Assembly (NCBI GenBank): GCA_963775425.1
Contig: CAVZJB010000003.1
Span: forward strand, 96,001-160,000
Source of the DNA: an uncultured delta proteobacterium
Lineage (GTDB): Bacteria > Myxococcota > UBA727 > VGSZ01
Reading direction: 5' to 3'
DNA length: 64,000 nucleotides
A program made the position numbers and the translations under genes. Of this stretch, positions 38,073 to 48,578 are shown piece after piece (positions within the stretch are counted from its first letter, which is position 1; each line of letters opens with the position of its first letter). Under the pieces are notes generated by a model. It ran no database searches and was not told the DNA's origin. It saw only the letters and a program-made list of their open reading frames with translations.

Positions 38073-39170
38073 ATGAGCCCGCTTCACGGGGTCCGGGTCG
38101 TCGACCTCTCGAGGTTGCTGCCCGGACCTTTTTGCACGCAGATGCTCGTCGACCTCGGCGCCGAGGTCATCAAGGTCGAAGACCCGGCCGGCGGCGACTA
38201 TCTGCGCCACATGCCGCCGCAGCTCGACGACGGCACCTGCGTCCTCTTTCACGCGCTGAACCGCGGCAAGAAGTCCGTCACGCTCGACCTCAAGAGCGCC
38301 GCCGACGCCGCGCGCTTCGACAAGCTCATCGCCGGCGCCGACGTCGTCGTCGAGAGCTTTCGGCCCGGCGTGCTGGAGAAGCTCGGCTTCGCGCCGGCGC
38401 AGATGAAGGCGCGTCACCCGCGCCTCGTCGTCGCCAGCATCAGCGGCTACGGCCAGGACGGCCCGTACAGGAAGAAGGCCGGCCACGACGTCAACTACCT
38501 CGCCCGGGCCGGCGCGCTCGGCATGATGAAGGAGCCGACGCTCTTGCCCGTGCAGGTCGCGGACCTCGCCGGGGGCGCGCTGCCCGCGGCCGTCCAGATC
38601 CTGGCGGCCCTCGTCGGGCGCGCGCGCACGGGGGAGGGCGCGGTCATCGACGTGAGCATGATGGGCGGCGTCGCCGGCCTCTTGTCATCGTCGTTCGCGC
38701 GCGCGGCGGCCGGCGAGGGCCCGCTCGGCGGCGGCCGCGACGTGCTCGTCGGGCGCGTGCCCTGCTACGGCGTGTACCCGACCAAGGACGGGCACATCGC
38801 GGTGGGCGCGCTCGAGCCCAAGTTCTGGCAGGGCTTGTGCGCGGCGCTCGAGATGCCCGATCTGCTCGACCGCGGCATGGACACCGGGGACGCCGGTGAC
38901 GAGGTGCGCGCGCTCCTGTCGGCGCGCTTCGCGGCACAGACCGGCGCCGCGTGGACCACCGAGCTCGCAGCGCACGACGTCTGCGTCGAGGTGGTGCGCA
39001 CGCCCGAGGAGGCGCTCGCGTCGGGAGAGCTCCTCACCGTCGACGTCGACGTCGCGGGCAAGCGCGTGCGGCTGCCGGTGCCGGCGCTCGGCATCGTGGG
39101 CGCGACGCCGAGCGCGGTGCGCGCGCCCGCCCTCGGCGAGCACAACGACGAGATCCTCGCGGCGCTGTAG
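38073..39170 (+). CDS. CaiB/BaiF CoA-transferase family (alpha-methylacyl-CoA racemase-like)
   Basis: PLHGVRVVDLSRLLPGP, NRGKKS, ESFRPGV, GHDVNY and ALEPKFW. Confidence 0.9.
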   Translation: MSPLHGVRVVDLSRLLPGPFCTQMLVDLGAEVIKVEDPAGGDYLRHMPPQLDDGTCVLFHALNRGKKSVTLDLKSAADAARFDKLIAGADVVVESFRPGVLEKLGFAPAQMKARHPRLVVASISGYGQDGPYRKKAGHDVNYLARAGALGMMKEPTLLPVQVADLAGGALPAAVQILAALVGRARTGEGAVIDVSMMGGVAGLLSSSFARAAAGEGPLGGGRDVLVGRVPCYGVYPTKDGHIAVGALEPKFWQGLCAALEMPDLLDRGMDTGDAGDEVRALLSARFAAQTGAAWTTELAAHDVCVEVVRTPEEALASGELLTVDVDVAGKRVRLPVPALGIVGATPSAVRAPALGEHNDEILAAL

Positions 39171-39227
39171 GTCGCGCGCGCCGTCCGAAGCCGTCCGCCT
39201 CGGCGCGCGGGGCGTGTGCTGATCAAG

Positions 39228-40481
39228 CTAGCGCGTAAACACGCGGCGTCCGCCCGCGACCACGACGTCGACGTGGGGCTCTCCCCATCGGTACACGAGG
39301 TCGAACGGCGACGCACCCGCGAGCACCACGAGGTCCGCGCGCTTCCCCGCCGCGATCACGCCGCGGTCGTCGAGGCCGAGCGCGCGGGCGGCGTTCACGG
39401 TGATGCCGCGCAGCGCTTCCTCCGCCGACAACCCGCTCTGCGTCACGCTCAGTCCGGCGGCGAGCGCGAGGTCCGTGGACATCGCAGTCCCCGGGTTGCA
39501 GTCGGTGCCCACCGCCACCGTGCAGCCGCCGTCGACGAGGGTGCGGCCGGGGATGGCGCGCTGGCCGCGGAGAAACACCTGCGCCAGCGAGAGCACCTCG
39601 CACACGACGCCCGCCTCGGCCAACGCCTCGATGTCGCGCGCGTCGACGTGCTCGAGGTGGCCCGCCGACAGCGCGCCCACCTCCGCCGCCAACAACGCGC
39701 CGCCCTGGTGCGAGAGCTGCTCGGCGTGCACCCGCGCCGCGAGCCCCGCGTCGCGCGCCGCGCGCAGGAGCGTGCGTCCGTCGTCGACGGAGAAGGCGCC
39801 GCCCTCGACGAAGATGTCGCAGGCGCTCGCGAGTCGCTCGCGCGTCACCGCGGGCAGGAGCTCGCGCACGATGGTGTCGATCCACGCGCGCGCGCCGGCG
39901 GCCCCCGCGGCATCGTGCTCCGGCGGCACCGCGTGCGCGGCCAACAGCGTCGACGACACGTCCACCGGCTGCGCCGCGGCGAGCGCGCGGTTGGCGCGGA
40001 GCATCTTCAGCTCGCTGTCGACGTCGAGCCCGTAGCCGCTCTTGATCTCGACGGTGGTCACGCCGCCCGCGAGCATGCGCGCCAGCCGCGGCAGCGTCTG
40101 TTCGACGAGCTCCCGCTCCGTGGCCGCGCGGACCCCGCGCATGGTCGAGCGGATGCCGCCGCCCGCGGTCATGATCTGCTGGTAGGTCTCTCCCCGTGCG
40201 CGCCGGGCAAACTCGTCGGCGCGGTCGCCGGTGAAGACGACGTGCGTGTGGCAATCGATGAAGCCGGGCATCGCGCAGCGGCCCGCCGCGTCGACGCGCG
40301 TCCCTCCTTCGGCGAGCGCGTCCGCGGGCGCGGCCGCGCGAGGTCCCGCCCAGGCGATGCGGTCGCCGTCGACGAGGACCGCCGCGTCACGCACGACGCC
40401 GAGGCCGTGCGGCGCCCCGCCGTCCATGGTGACGAGGGCGCCGATGTTGTCGACGACGAGCGTGGCGCGCAGCATGGTCAC
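39228..40481 (-). CDS. hutI: Imidazolonepropionase
   Basis: PGFIDCHTH, GGGI.ST, EIKSGYGL, HAEQLS, HLE and TDCNPG. Start at 40481 or 40475. Confidence 0.93.
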   Translation of the reverse strand: MTMLRATLVVDNIGALVTMDGGAPHGLGVVRDAAVLVDGDRIAWAGPRAAAPADALAEGGTRVDAAGRCAMPGFIDCHTHVVFTGDRADEFARRARGETYQQIMTAGGGIRSTMRGVRAATERELVEQTLPRLARMLAGGVTTVEIKSGYGLDVDSELKMLRANRALAAAQPVDVSSTLLAAHAVPPEHDAAGAAGARAWIDTIVRELLPAVTRERLASACDIFVEGGAFSVDDGRTLLRAARDAGLAARVHAEQLSHQGGALLAAEVGALSAGHLEHVDARDIEALAEAGVVCEVLSLAQVFLRGQRAIPGRTLVDGGCTVAVGTDCNPGTAMSTDLALAAGLSVTQSGLSAEEALRGITVNAARALGLDDRGVIAAGKRADLVVLAGASPFDLVYRWGEPHVDVVVAGGRRVFTR

Positions 40482-42796
40482 TTGCCCCGCAGGCGGTCGA
40501 GGAAGCCCTTCTTCTGGTGCGCCTTCAACTCCTTCTTCAGCGCGTCGGACTCGCTGCCCGCGTGAAGCCGCACCGGGCCCTTCTTCCCCTCGGAGAGCTT
40601 GAAGACCTTCCCGAGGTTCGAGCGATACGCGAGGTTGTCGGGCGCGAGCTCCGTGGCCTTCATCAGCGCGGCGGTGGCGGCGCCGTAGTCCTTCTTGCGC
40701 AGCGCGAGCAGGATGCCGAGCCGGTTGTGCAGCTCGGGCTCCACGGGCTTGAGCGCGATGACCTTCTTGTAGACGGCGATGGCATCGTCAAAGCGGCCCT
40801 GGTCCTCGAGGCGCTGCGCGTCGGCGACGAGCTTTTGGTCCTCGGACTCGCTCCGGGCGATGGACTCGGCCTTGGCCCAGTTGTCGATGAGGTCGCGGGC
40901 CTGCTCGTTGTTCGGGTCGAGGTCGGCGGCCATCTTCACGAACGCCAGCGCCCGGGCCTTCTTGCCCGCGCGCAGATCGGTGAGCGCGAGCTCGAGCATC
41001 TGCTGCGCTTTGGTCTGCGCGACCGGGTCCACGGGGTGAAGCGCGTTGCCCGGGACCGGCGGCCCCTTGGCCGCGGGGATCACGACGGCGGCGGCGCGCG
41101 ACGGCGCCGTCATCCCCGGCGTCGACTGCCACGGCATGGGCACGCCGGGCGCGGCCGGGGCGGGGCGCGTCGGGGCCGGACGGGCGGCGACCGCGGCCTT
41201 GGAGGCCGTGGCGACGGTGGCGGGCTTCACGTCGAGGGCGGGCCGTACGCCGCCGCCGGGGAACGCTTTGTCCCCGGTGGCGCCGCCCGCGAACGGGGGG
41301 GGCTCCGGCGCCGCCGCGGGCACCGGCAGCGGCTGGAGCGCGTCGAGCGGCAAGTCGAGCGGCTGGAGCGCGTCGGCCGGCAGCTCCATGGGGATGAGCG
41401 CGTCGGCGGGCAGCTCCTCGGGCGCGGCCGCCATGGGCTCCATGGGCGGGTCGAGGTCGATGCCGGCGCCGAGGGGTGCGTGCTGCGCGGTGCTGGCGGC
41501 GGGCGGCGGAAGCGTGACCTCGCCGGTCTCGTCGAGGTCGCCCTCTTCGAGGAGCGAGAGCGCGTCCGGCTTGATGTGGCCCTTGACGACGATGAGCTTG
41601 CGATCGGCGAGCATGCTGACGGCGATCTTGAGCTCGCCCCTTTGCAGGCCCGCCTTGTTGCCGATGCGCGCGACGGGGCGCTCTCCGTCGACGAGCGCCA
41701 CCACCTTCTGCTCGACGTCGGAGAGCGCGAGCGCGGAAGGATCGACGCCGTCGGTGAGGGCGAGCACCGCGTTCGGCTCCAGCATCTCCTGGAGGCTCTC
41801 CGCGATGTACACCGGCGCCGGCTCGAGCACGCGTTGGACGCCGTCCGGCAAGGCGAAGCTCGACGTGGCGTTGGATAATATGGACTCGAAGTCGCCGCCG
41901 ACGTCGCCGAGGATGAGCGCCTCGCCGCCGTAGGCGCTGCCCTCGCTCGAGGCGTGCTCGCCGCTCGCGTCGTCGAAGATCAACAGCTCGCCGTCGCTGT
42001 CGTCGTCGTCGTCGATGGGGATCTCGTCCTCGGCCGCGTCGTCGCGGAAGTCGACGTCGGCGGTGCCGTCGGTGGCGCTCCGGCTCGGCGCCTCGGGCGT
42101 GCTCGCGAGGGCGCGCCCGATGGCGGCCGCCTCGTCGGCGTCGATGACGAGCCGCTCGGTGGGCGGCATCTCCTCGTCGGACTCGCCGCCCAGGCCGGCG
42201 TCTGCGGTGACGGGCTCGGGCGCGCCGCCGAGCTGAACGCGCGGCGGCCCGACGCTCGGATCCGTCAAGGGCCGCTCGGGCAGGGGGGCGCTCAGCGCGG
42301 ACGTGTTCTCGAAGAACGCCCCCTCGCCGCCAAAGACGTCGTCGGGGTCCGTCTTCTGCACCCGAGCGAAGCCGGTAGGCGGCGCGTCGTCGTCGAACGC
42401 GGCCGCGTCGTCGCCGTCGAGGAGCTCGACGCCCGTGATGGCGAGGCCGGCCTCCGTCTGGCCGTCGTCCTCGAAGTCGGCGAGCTGGACCGGCGCGCCT
42501 TCGTCGCCGCCCGAGGCGGTCTGCGCCGTTCTGCCCTCGGGATCCGGCTGCGTGGCCATGGTGCGTGGCGCGGCGGCGAAGCCGGGGGAGGTGGGGGGGA
42601 GGCTCTCGGCGGCCGCGGCCCTCCCGCGGGGCGTGAGCGCCGCGGTCTTTTCACCGAACGGATCGTCGTCGTCGCCGAGGACCTTGTGCTCCCCCGTGTA
42701 GTCCTCGAGGAAGCTCATATCGACGACGAAGTCGCAGGCCGGGCAAATCACGGCGCCGGGGGCCACCAGGGCGCCGCACTTGGGACAAGCCGACAT
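40478..42796 (-). CDS. Zinc-ribbon / acidic linker / wHTH-like / TPR protein (paralog of 22501..24162)
   Basis: CPKC and CPAC, LVDGERPVARI, TPR helices and a KKGFLDRLRGK tail. GGAG SD. Its stop overlaps the hutI GTG start. Confidence 0.8.
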   Translation of the reverse strand: MSACPKCGALVAPGAVICPACDFVVDMSFLEDYTGEHKVLGDDDDPFGEKTAALTPRGRAAAAESLPPTSPGFAAAPRTMATQPDPEGRTAQTASGGDEGAPVQLADFEDDGQTEAGLAITGVELLDGDDAAAFDDDAPPTGFARVQKTDPDDVFGGEGAFFENTSALSAPLPERPLTDPSVGPPRVQLGGAPEPVTADAGLGGESDEEMPPTERLVIDADEAAAIGRALASTPEAPSRSATDGTADVDFRDDAAEDEIPIDDDDDSDGELLIFDDASGEHASSEGSAYGGEALILGDVGGDFESILSNATSSFALPDGVQRVLEPAPVYIAESLQEMLEPNAVLALTDGVDPSALALSDVEQKVVALVDGERPVARIGNKAGLQRGELKIAVSMLADRKLIVVKGHIKPDALSLLEEGDLDETGEVTLPPPAASTAQHAPLGAGIDLDPPMEPMAAAPEELPADALIPMELPADALQPLDLPLDALQPLPVPAAAPEPPPFAGGATGDKAFPGGGVRPALDVKPATVATASKAAVAARPAPTRPAPAAPGVPMPWQSTPGMTAPSRAAAVVIPAAKGPPVPGNALHPVDPVAQTKAQQMLELALTDLRAGKKARALAFVKMAADLDPNNEQARDLIDNWAKAESIARSESEDQKLVADAQRLEDQGRFDDAIAVYKKVIALKPVEPELHNRLGILLALRKKDYGAATAALMKATELAPDNLAYRSNLGKVFKLSEGKKGPVRLHAGSESDALKKELKAHQKKGFLDRLRGK

Positions 42797-42816
42797 CTCC
42801 CTCGACGCTAACCCGG

Positions 42817-42917
42817 GCCGTCATTGTTCGCGCGCCGTCATTGTTCGCGCGCCGTCATTGTTCGCGCGCCTGGCGGCGCTCACGGCGCCTGGCGGCGCTC
42901 ACGGCGCCTGGCGGCGC
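42817..42917. repeat. Two abutting intergenic tandem repeats
   Basis: GCCGTCATTGTTCGCGC x3 (17 bp, 42817-42867), then GCCTGGCGGCGCTCACGGC x2 plus a partial copy (19 bp, 42868-42917). Confidence 0.9.
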
Positions 42918-43081
42918 GGCGCGCTCCGCGCGCGGGCGGCGTCGGCCTCCGGAGTCGCGCGGCGGCGCTCCTGGCGGGCCGCGGCGCACGTCAGGGCGCG
43001 ACGCCGCGTGGCCTCCGCCGCGTTCGATTCGGGGTTTTTGATTCGGGGGCTTGACGTCGGTGCAGCGGCGAACGTTGGGCG

Positions 43082-44761
43082 TCAAATGGTGAGGCCGGGG
43101 ATCTTGATGGCGCGATCGCGGGCGCAGGCGGTGGCCTCGGCGTAGCCGGCGTCGGCGTGGCGCAGGACGCCCATGGCGGGATCGCTCGTGAGGACGCGCT
43201 CCAGGCGCTTCGCCGCGCCGTCGGTGCCGTCGGCGACGATCACCTGGCCCGCGTGCAACGAGTAGCCCATGCCGACGCCGCCGCCGTGGTGGAAGCTCAC
43301 CCACGACGCGCCGTTCACCGCGTTCACCAGCGCGTTCAGGATCGGCCAGTCGGCCACCGCGTCGGTGCCGTCCTTCATGGCCTCCGTCTCGCGGTTGGGG
43401 GACGCCACCGAGCCGCAGTCGAGGTGGTCCCGGCCGATGACGATGGGCGCCTTGACCTTGCCCGTGCGCACGAGCTCGTTGAAGGCGAGCCCGGCCCGCA
43501 CGCGCTCGCCGTAGCCGAGCCAGCAGATGCGCGCCGGCAAGCCCTGGAACGCAACTCTGTCCCGCGCCATGTCGAGCCATCGCAGGAGGCTCTTTTTGTG
43601 CGGGAACAGGGAGCGGACGGCGTCGTCGGTGGCGGCGATGTCGGCGGGATCGCCGGACAGCGCCACCCAGCGAAACGGACCCATGCCCTCGCAGAAGAGC
43701 GGCCGGATGTAGGCGGGGACGAAGCCCGGATAATCGAACGCGCGGGCGCAGCCGCCCTCCTTGGCCTCCGCGCGCAGGTTGTTGCCGTAGTCGAACACGG
43801 GCACGCCGTCGTCGAGGAACGCGAGCATCGCCTCCACGTGCCGCGCCATCGACGCGCGGGCCCGGCCGAGGGTCCCCTGGGGATCGCGCGTGCGCAGCCC
43901 GGCGGCGTCGTCGACGGAGACGTCGAGCGGCAGGTAGCCGTAGAGCGGGTCGTGCGCCGAGGTCTGATCGGTGACGAGGTCGGGGCGGAAGCCGCGCCGC
44001 CGCAGCTCGGGGTGCGTGCTCGCGGCGTTGCCCACGACGCCGACGGAGAGGGCGCGGCGCTCCTTGCGCGCGTCCTCGACGAGGCGCACCGCTTCGTCGA
44101 GGTCGCCGGCGATGACGTCGAGGTAGCGCGTGTCCACGCGCCGCTGCAGCCGCGTCTTGTCGACGTCGACGATCAGGCACACGCCACCGCACATGGTGAC
44201 CGCGAGCGGCTGCGCGCCCCCCATGCCGCCGCAGCCGGCGGTGAGCACGATCTTTCCGGCGAGCGAGCCGTCGGTGCCGAAGTGGTTGCGCGCGGCCTGC
44301 GCGAACGTCTCGTAGGTGCCCTGCAGGATCCCCTGCGTGCCGATGTAGATCCACGAGCCCGCGGTCATCTGCCCGTACATCATGAGGCCCTGCTTCTCGA
44401 GGGCGTCGAAGTGCTCCCACGTGGCCCAGCGGGGGACCAGGTTCGAGTTCGCGAGCAGCACGCGCGGCGCGTCCTCGTGAGTCTTGAGGATGCCCACGGG
44501 CTTCCCCGATTGAACGAGCAGCGTCTCGTCCGACTCGAGCGAGCGCAGGGACGACACGATGGCGTCGAACGCGTCCCACGAGCGGGCGGCGCGGCCGCGG
44601 CCGCCGTAGACGACGAGGTCGTCGGGGCGCTCGGCCACCTCGGGGTCGAGGTTGTTCATCAACATGCGCATGGCGGCTTCCTGCACCCAGCCTTTGCAGG
44701 TGAGCGTGGTGCCGCGCGGCGCGCGAACCGGACGGGGTCCGGCGGGGGACGTCTCGGCCAT
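43082..44761 (-). CDS. hutU: Urocanate hydratase
   Basis: [38 protein letters not shown] and RHADAGY. Confidence 0.97.
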   Translation of the reverse strand: MAETSPAGPRPVRAPRGTTLTCKGWVQEAAMRMLMNNLDPEVAERPDDLVVYGGRGRAARSWDAFDAIVSSLRSLESDETLLVQSGKPVGILKTHEDAPRVLLANSNLVPRWATWEHFDALEKQGLMMYGQMTAGSWIYIGTQGILQGTYETFAQAARNHFGTDGSLAGKIVLTAGCGGMGGAQPLAVTMCGGVCLIVDVDKTRLQRRVDTRYLDVIAGDLDEAVRLVEDARKERRALSVGVVGNAASTHPELRRRGFRPDLVTDQTSAHDPLYGYLPLDVSVDDAAGLRTRDPQGTLGRARASMARHVEAMLAFLDDGVPVFDYGNNLRAEAKEGGCARAFDYPGFVPAYIRPLFCEGMGPFRWVALSGDPADIAATDDAVRSLFPHKKSLLRWLDMARDRVAFQGLPARICWLGYGERVRAGLAFNELVRTGKVKAPIVIGRDHLDCGSVASPNRETEAMKDGTDAVADWPILNALVNAVNGASWVSFHHGGGVGMGYSLHAGQVIVADGTDGAAKRLERVLTSDPAMGVLRHADAGYAEATACARDRAIKIPGLTI

Positions 44762-44816
44762 GGCGCGGTGTGCGCCGGCCGGCCCCCGTCGTCAAGGGTC
44801 CGTCGTCAACGGTCCG

Positions 44817-45485
44817 TCATCGAGGGTCCGCGGTGACCTCGAGCCCGGCGCCGAGACCGGCGACCACGTCCACGAGCGCGACGAGGAACAGCGACGAGCC
44901 CAGGATCTGCATCGTCTCCTCGACGCCGTTCACCATGTGATAGACGAGGTTCATCTCGCCGTGGCCGGTGGCCCAGATGCCGAGGATCGGCTCCACGCCG
45001 AGGGCGCCGCCGACGTAGATGGCCCCCGCGACGATGGTGCGCCCGCGCAACGGCCGCGGCATCGCAAGCACGAACGGCAGGAAGCGCGCCGCGAGGATGA
45101 GCACCACCACGGTGGCGGGGATGACCCAGGCGTAAAAGAGCGCGCCCGTGAACTTGCCGTAGCCGTTGAACAGCTCGTGGAGGCACGCGACCTCGTCGAC
45201 GGACATGACGAGGAAGATGACCGACAATAGCGTCCACTCGCGGCGCCAGCGGCCTGCGCGGGCGCGCTCGACGGCGGCGATGAAGGCGAGACTGGCCGCG
45301 CAGCCGAGGAGGAGGAACGACTTGTACCAGGTGGGGACGTTGGTCTCGTAGCTCAGGCTGAAGCGGCTCGTGACGAGCATCGGACCGTACGTGAAGTGCA
45401 GGAGCTCGACGGCGAAGCCGGTCGCGCACACGGCGGCGCCGCAGACGAGCAGCACCCGTCGCACCAGCCCCGGTCGCAAGCGCAT
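44817..45485 (-). CDS. Conserved hypothetical membrane protein
   Basis: E.NVPTWY, S.DE...HE and EE..Q/E motifs among six or seven TM helices. Confidence 0.7.
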   Translation of the reverse strand: MRLRPGLVRRVLLVCGAAVCATGFAVELLHFTYGPMLVTSRFSLSYETNVPTWYKSFLLLGCAASLAFIAAVERARAGRWRREWTLLSVIFLVMSVDEVACLHELFNGYGKFTGALFYAWVIPATVVVLILAARFLPFVLAMPRPLRGRTIVAGAIYVGGALGVEPILGIWATGHGEMNLVYHMVNGVEETMQILGSSLFLVALVDVVAGLGAGLEVTADPR

Positions 45486-45486
45486 C

Positions 45487-46101
45487 TCAGTGGCCCTTCA
45501 GGATCCTGGCCGCGCGCAGCAGCAGGATGAGGAGCACGCCCGCCATGATCGGCGCCGTGGCGCGGTGCGACTCGGTGACGACGGAGCGGAGCTGTTCGGG
45601 CACGGCCCAGATGGCCAACAACGCGCCGCGATAGATGGCGTAGAACACCCCGAACTGGCGCGTGTGCTTGGCCAACAGCGCGTCCGCCGGCTCGAAGACG
45701 AGCGCGAGGGCGCCGCACAGGCTCAGCGCGAAGAAGATGTCCGGCAGGGCGAGCGCGATGGCGACCTGCCACGTCTGCGCCGCCGGCGCGTGCACGACGA
45801 GGACGATGGACGCGACGGCGGCCACGAAGCGGAAGCCGGCGAACGCGATCAGCGACGGGCCGGCCGCGCCCGCCTCCCGCAGCGCGGCGTAGCGGGCGAG
45901 CAGGAGGGCGCCCGCGGTGGCGGCCGCGGCGGCGACCGCGTTCAACAGCAGCAGGTTGTACGCGAGCCAATCGCCGTCGGGCGCGTCGCGGCGGTGCAGC
46001 AGGAAGTGCGCCGCCGTCCCCGCGATGGGCGGGACCACCAGCGCGACGCCGAGGGTGACGGCGCCGATCTGCGGGGCCCGATTCCCTCCCGGAGCTACCA
46101 C
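45487..46101 (-). CDS. Hypothetical membrane protein
   Basis: Hydrophobic C-terminal 200 aa or so of ORF 45487..46584. Start uncertain (GTG 46101 overlaps the end of the upstream gene). Confidence 0.55.
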   Translation of the reverse strand: MVAPGGNRAPQIGAVTLGVALVVPPIAGTAAHFLLHRRDAPDGDWLAYNLLLLNAVAAAAATAGALLLARYAALREAGAAGPSLIAFAGFRFVAAVASIVLVVHAPAAQTWQVAIALALPDIFFALSLCGALALVFEPADALLAKHTRQFGVFYAIYRGALLAIWAVPEQLRSVVTESHRATAPIMAGVLLILLLRAARILKGH

Positions 46102-48536
46102 TGCGATTCCATGAACGACGACAGCGCGGAGCTGCCGAAGGAGCCACCGGCGCCGCCGCCGTCCCAGAGGATGCGCGCGGAGTTCTTGAACGTCACGTCG
46201 CCGTCCGCGTAGACGCGGCCGATGAGCTTGAACGAGTTCTTGGCCGTGACCTTGCCCTCGACCCACAGGTTGGCGCGCATGGTGACGCTGTTGGAGGCGT
46301 CGACGTCGCCGACGACACAGATGTCGTCGAGGAACTGGGCGCCGGTGCTCGCGCCGCTGACGTTGAGGTTCCCGCCCACGACATAGCGGCCGGACACGCA
46401 GGGCCGCCCGCTCAAGGTCGAGTTGCCGCCGACCCAGGTGACGCCGACGATGGAACCGGAGATGTCGAGGTTCATCGACCCGTCCGCCTTGATGGCGAAG
46501 CCCGGGATGGCCGGGCGGGCGGAGGGAGCGCCGGCGGCGGGGTAGAACACCCAGGGTTTGGTCTCCGGCACGACGTGGTCGCACTGGGGCGAGCTCGGAT
46601 CGATGTTGACGGCGCCGACCCCCGTACAGTCACACTCGGCGCAGCACAGGCCGAAGCTCGTCGTCCCCGTGGGGCCGATGTCGGGACTCCCCGACACGAG
46701 GAAGGTGGCAAACAGGGGCAGCGGTGGGGACGCTCCTGCGCCGAGGTTCGTCAGCGTGGGGCTGCCGTCGATGACGGCGATGAACGGTACGGGCATCGTG
46801 TTGTTGTTGACCGTGTGGAATCGCCACGCTCCGCCGACGCCCGGCGCGTCGATGGAAGCGTGGGTTCCGTCGCAATTCGAGCAGCTCGCGATGGTTGTGT
46901 CGCTGGCCGGCGCGCCACACAGGTTGGAGGCGCCGGCGGCGCTGAACTCGTTCTTGCTGCTGCCGGCGAAGGGCAGGAGGGTCGAGCTTTTGAGCACGAG
47001 CTCCTCCGACCCGCTGAACGTCGTCGGTTCCGGGGCGCTCGGGTCGAGATTCTGGGCCGGGGTTCCGTCGAGGCGGGCGAGGAGCTTCCAGCAGGCCGTC
47101 TGGTTCGCGCCGCAGCTCACCGTCTTTGGCGGGATGAGCCCCGCCAGCGCGGCGGTCGTGTTCCAGGCGCACGGCTTGTCGACAGGGTCCTGGGTGTAGT
47201 TGGTGCAGCTCTCGCCCACGGGCGTGTCGGAGTCTACGAGCGCCAGGCCGTGCGCCGCCAGGCTCGCGAACGTGTTGGTGTCGCCGGAGTCGAAGTAATA
47301 GATGGAGTTGGCGGCGTCGATGTCGAAGTAGAATTCACAGATGGGCGGCGGCGTAGCGGTGCTGGTCAGCGCTGCTGAGCCCACGTTCGTGGAGAGGTTG
47401 TTCGCACCGGGCGCGCCCAACACCGGGGTGTTGGCGTACGGGTCTCCGAAGCCGTTGGTGCCGAGGAAGTTGTTGCCCTTGGGCTGCAGCGGCGACACCC
47501 ACGCGAGCTGCTTGGCGGCCTCGGGGTCGCTCAGGCAGCCCGCCGCGCTGCCGGCCGGCGAGCACTTGTCGAAGTTGCCGTCGATGTCGATGGGCGGCGC
47601 CGGCTGCGCGCCCGAGCTGGCGGAGCCCGGGTTGCAGGACGCCACCGGCGATGGGCAGGGGCACGCAGAGCCGATGGGTGGGTTCGCCGGGTTCACCGTG
47701 TTGATGGGGCCGCACATGCACGAGGTGCCCTTGATGCTGCCGTCGACGTCGTTGGCGGTGATGCCTCCGGCGCCGCACAGGAGCGCGTTGTTCTTGAACG
47801 TCACGGTGCCCGGCGTGGCGATGCCGGTCGGGAAGGAGCTCGGGGTGGCGGCCTGGAAGAGCTTGCGCAGCGTGACGTGCGCGTGCGCGTTCGCGTACGC
47901 CGTGTCCGCCACCGCCTGCACCGTGGCGGCGCTGGCGTCGACGGGATACAGGCCGATGGCCGTGAGGTAGATGGCCTTGTCGCGATCGCAGTACGCGATG
48001 TCGACGCCCGTGCCCTCGGCGCCGGGTCCGCCGCAGTTGTGGCTGCTGCCGTCGTCCGACACGGCGGCGGCTGGGAAGTCGTCGTCGCTGTTGTCCTCGT
48101 AGCGGACCAGGCAGGCGCCGCCGTCGCGCACGAGGAGCTTCCAGGACTGTCCGCTGCCGGCCGGGATCTGCACGGTCTTGCCGGCGATCTGGGGAACGTA
48201 CTCGTCACCGTCCTCGAGGGCGGAGTCGTTGGGGTTGAGCAGCTTGTCGAAGTCCGGCTCGGCGTAGGGGGGGGCGAACTTGTTGGGCGTGCTCCCGCAC
48301 GGCGTGCCGAGGTCGGTCTTGTCGAGGAAGCACTCGGCGTTGCGCTGCAATTCGGTCAGGCAGCCCTCCGCGAGCGCGCGCGCCTCGACGTCCTGCTGGT
48401 GGCGCACGCCCGACACGGACTCGTTGCCGACGACGGCGAGCTGGCCGATGGCGATCACCGAGATGACGGCGAGCACCAGCAGGACGATCAGGACGACGAA
48501 GCCACGCGGGCTGGAGGACTGTGCGCGGGAGGACAT
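46095..48536 (-). CDS. Large PilX-like minor pilin with Cys-rich and beta-solenoid-like domains
   Basis: RG|FVVLIVLLVL prepilin lacking E5, ARALAEG motif, C-terminal Gly-Val repeats and a ..SFMESQW end. Confidence 0.75.
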   Translation of the reverse strand: MSSRAQSSSPRGFVVLIVLLVLAVISVIAIGQLAVVGNESVSGVRHQQDVEARALAEGCLTELQRNAECFLDKTDLGTPCGSTPNKFAPPYAEPDFDKLLNPNDSALEDGDEYVPQIAGKTVQIPAGSGQSWKLLVRDGGACLVRYEDNSDDDFPAAAVSDDGSSHNCGGPGAEGTGVDIAYCDRDKAIYLTAIGLYPVDASAATVQAVADTAYANAHAHVTLRKLFQAATPSSFPTGIATPGTVTFKNNALLCGAGGITANDVDGSIKGTSCMCGPINTVNPANPPIGSACPCPSPVASCNPGSASSGAQPAPPIDIDGNFDKCSPAGSAAGCLSDPEAAKQLAWVSPLQPKGNNFLGTNGFGDPYANTPVLGAPGANNLSTNVGSAALTSTATPPPICEFYFDIDAANSIYYFDSGDTNTFASLAAHGLALVDSDTPVGESCTNYTQDPVDKPCAWNTTAALAGLIPPKTVSCGANQTACWKLLARLDGTPAQNLDPSAPEPTTFSGSEELVLKSSTLLPFAGSSKNEFSAAGASNLCGAPASDTTIASCSNCDGTHASIDAPGVGGAWRFHTVNNNTMPVPFIAVIDGSPTLTNLGAGASPPLPLFATFLVSGSPDIGPTGTTSFGLCCAECDCTGVGAVNIDPSSPQCDHVVPETKPWVFYPAAGAPSARPAIPGFAIKADGSMNLDISGSIVGVTWVGGNSTLSGRPCVSGRYVVGGNLNVSGASTGAQFLDDICVVGDVDASNSVTMRANLWVEGKVTAKNSFKLIGRVYADGDVTFKNSARILWDGGGAGGSFGSSALSSFMESQW

Positions 48537-48578
48537 GGTGACTCCTCAAAATTTGCGACCGCAGGGAGCGGCCGCGCT

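Noticed and set aside
42817-42917. Possible CRISPR array
   Set aside because: The repeats abut with no spacers, are too short, and there are no cas genes.
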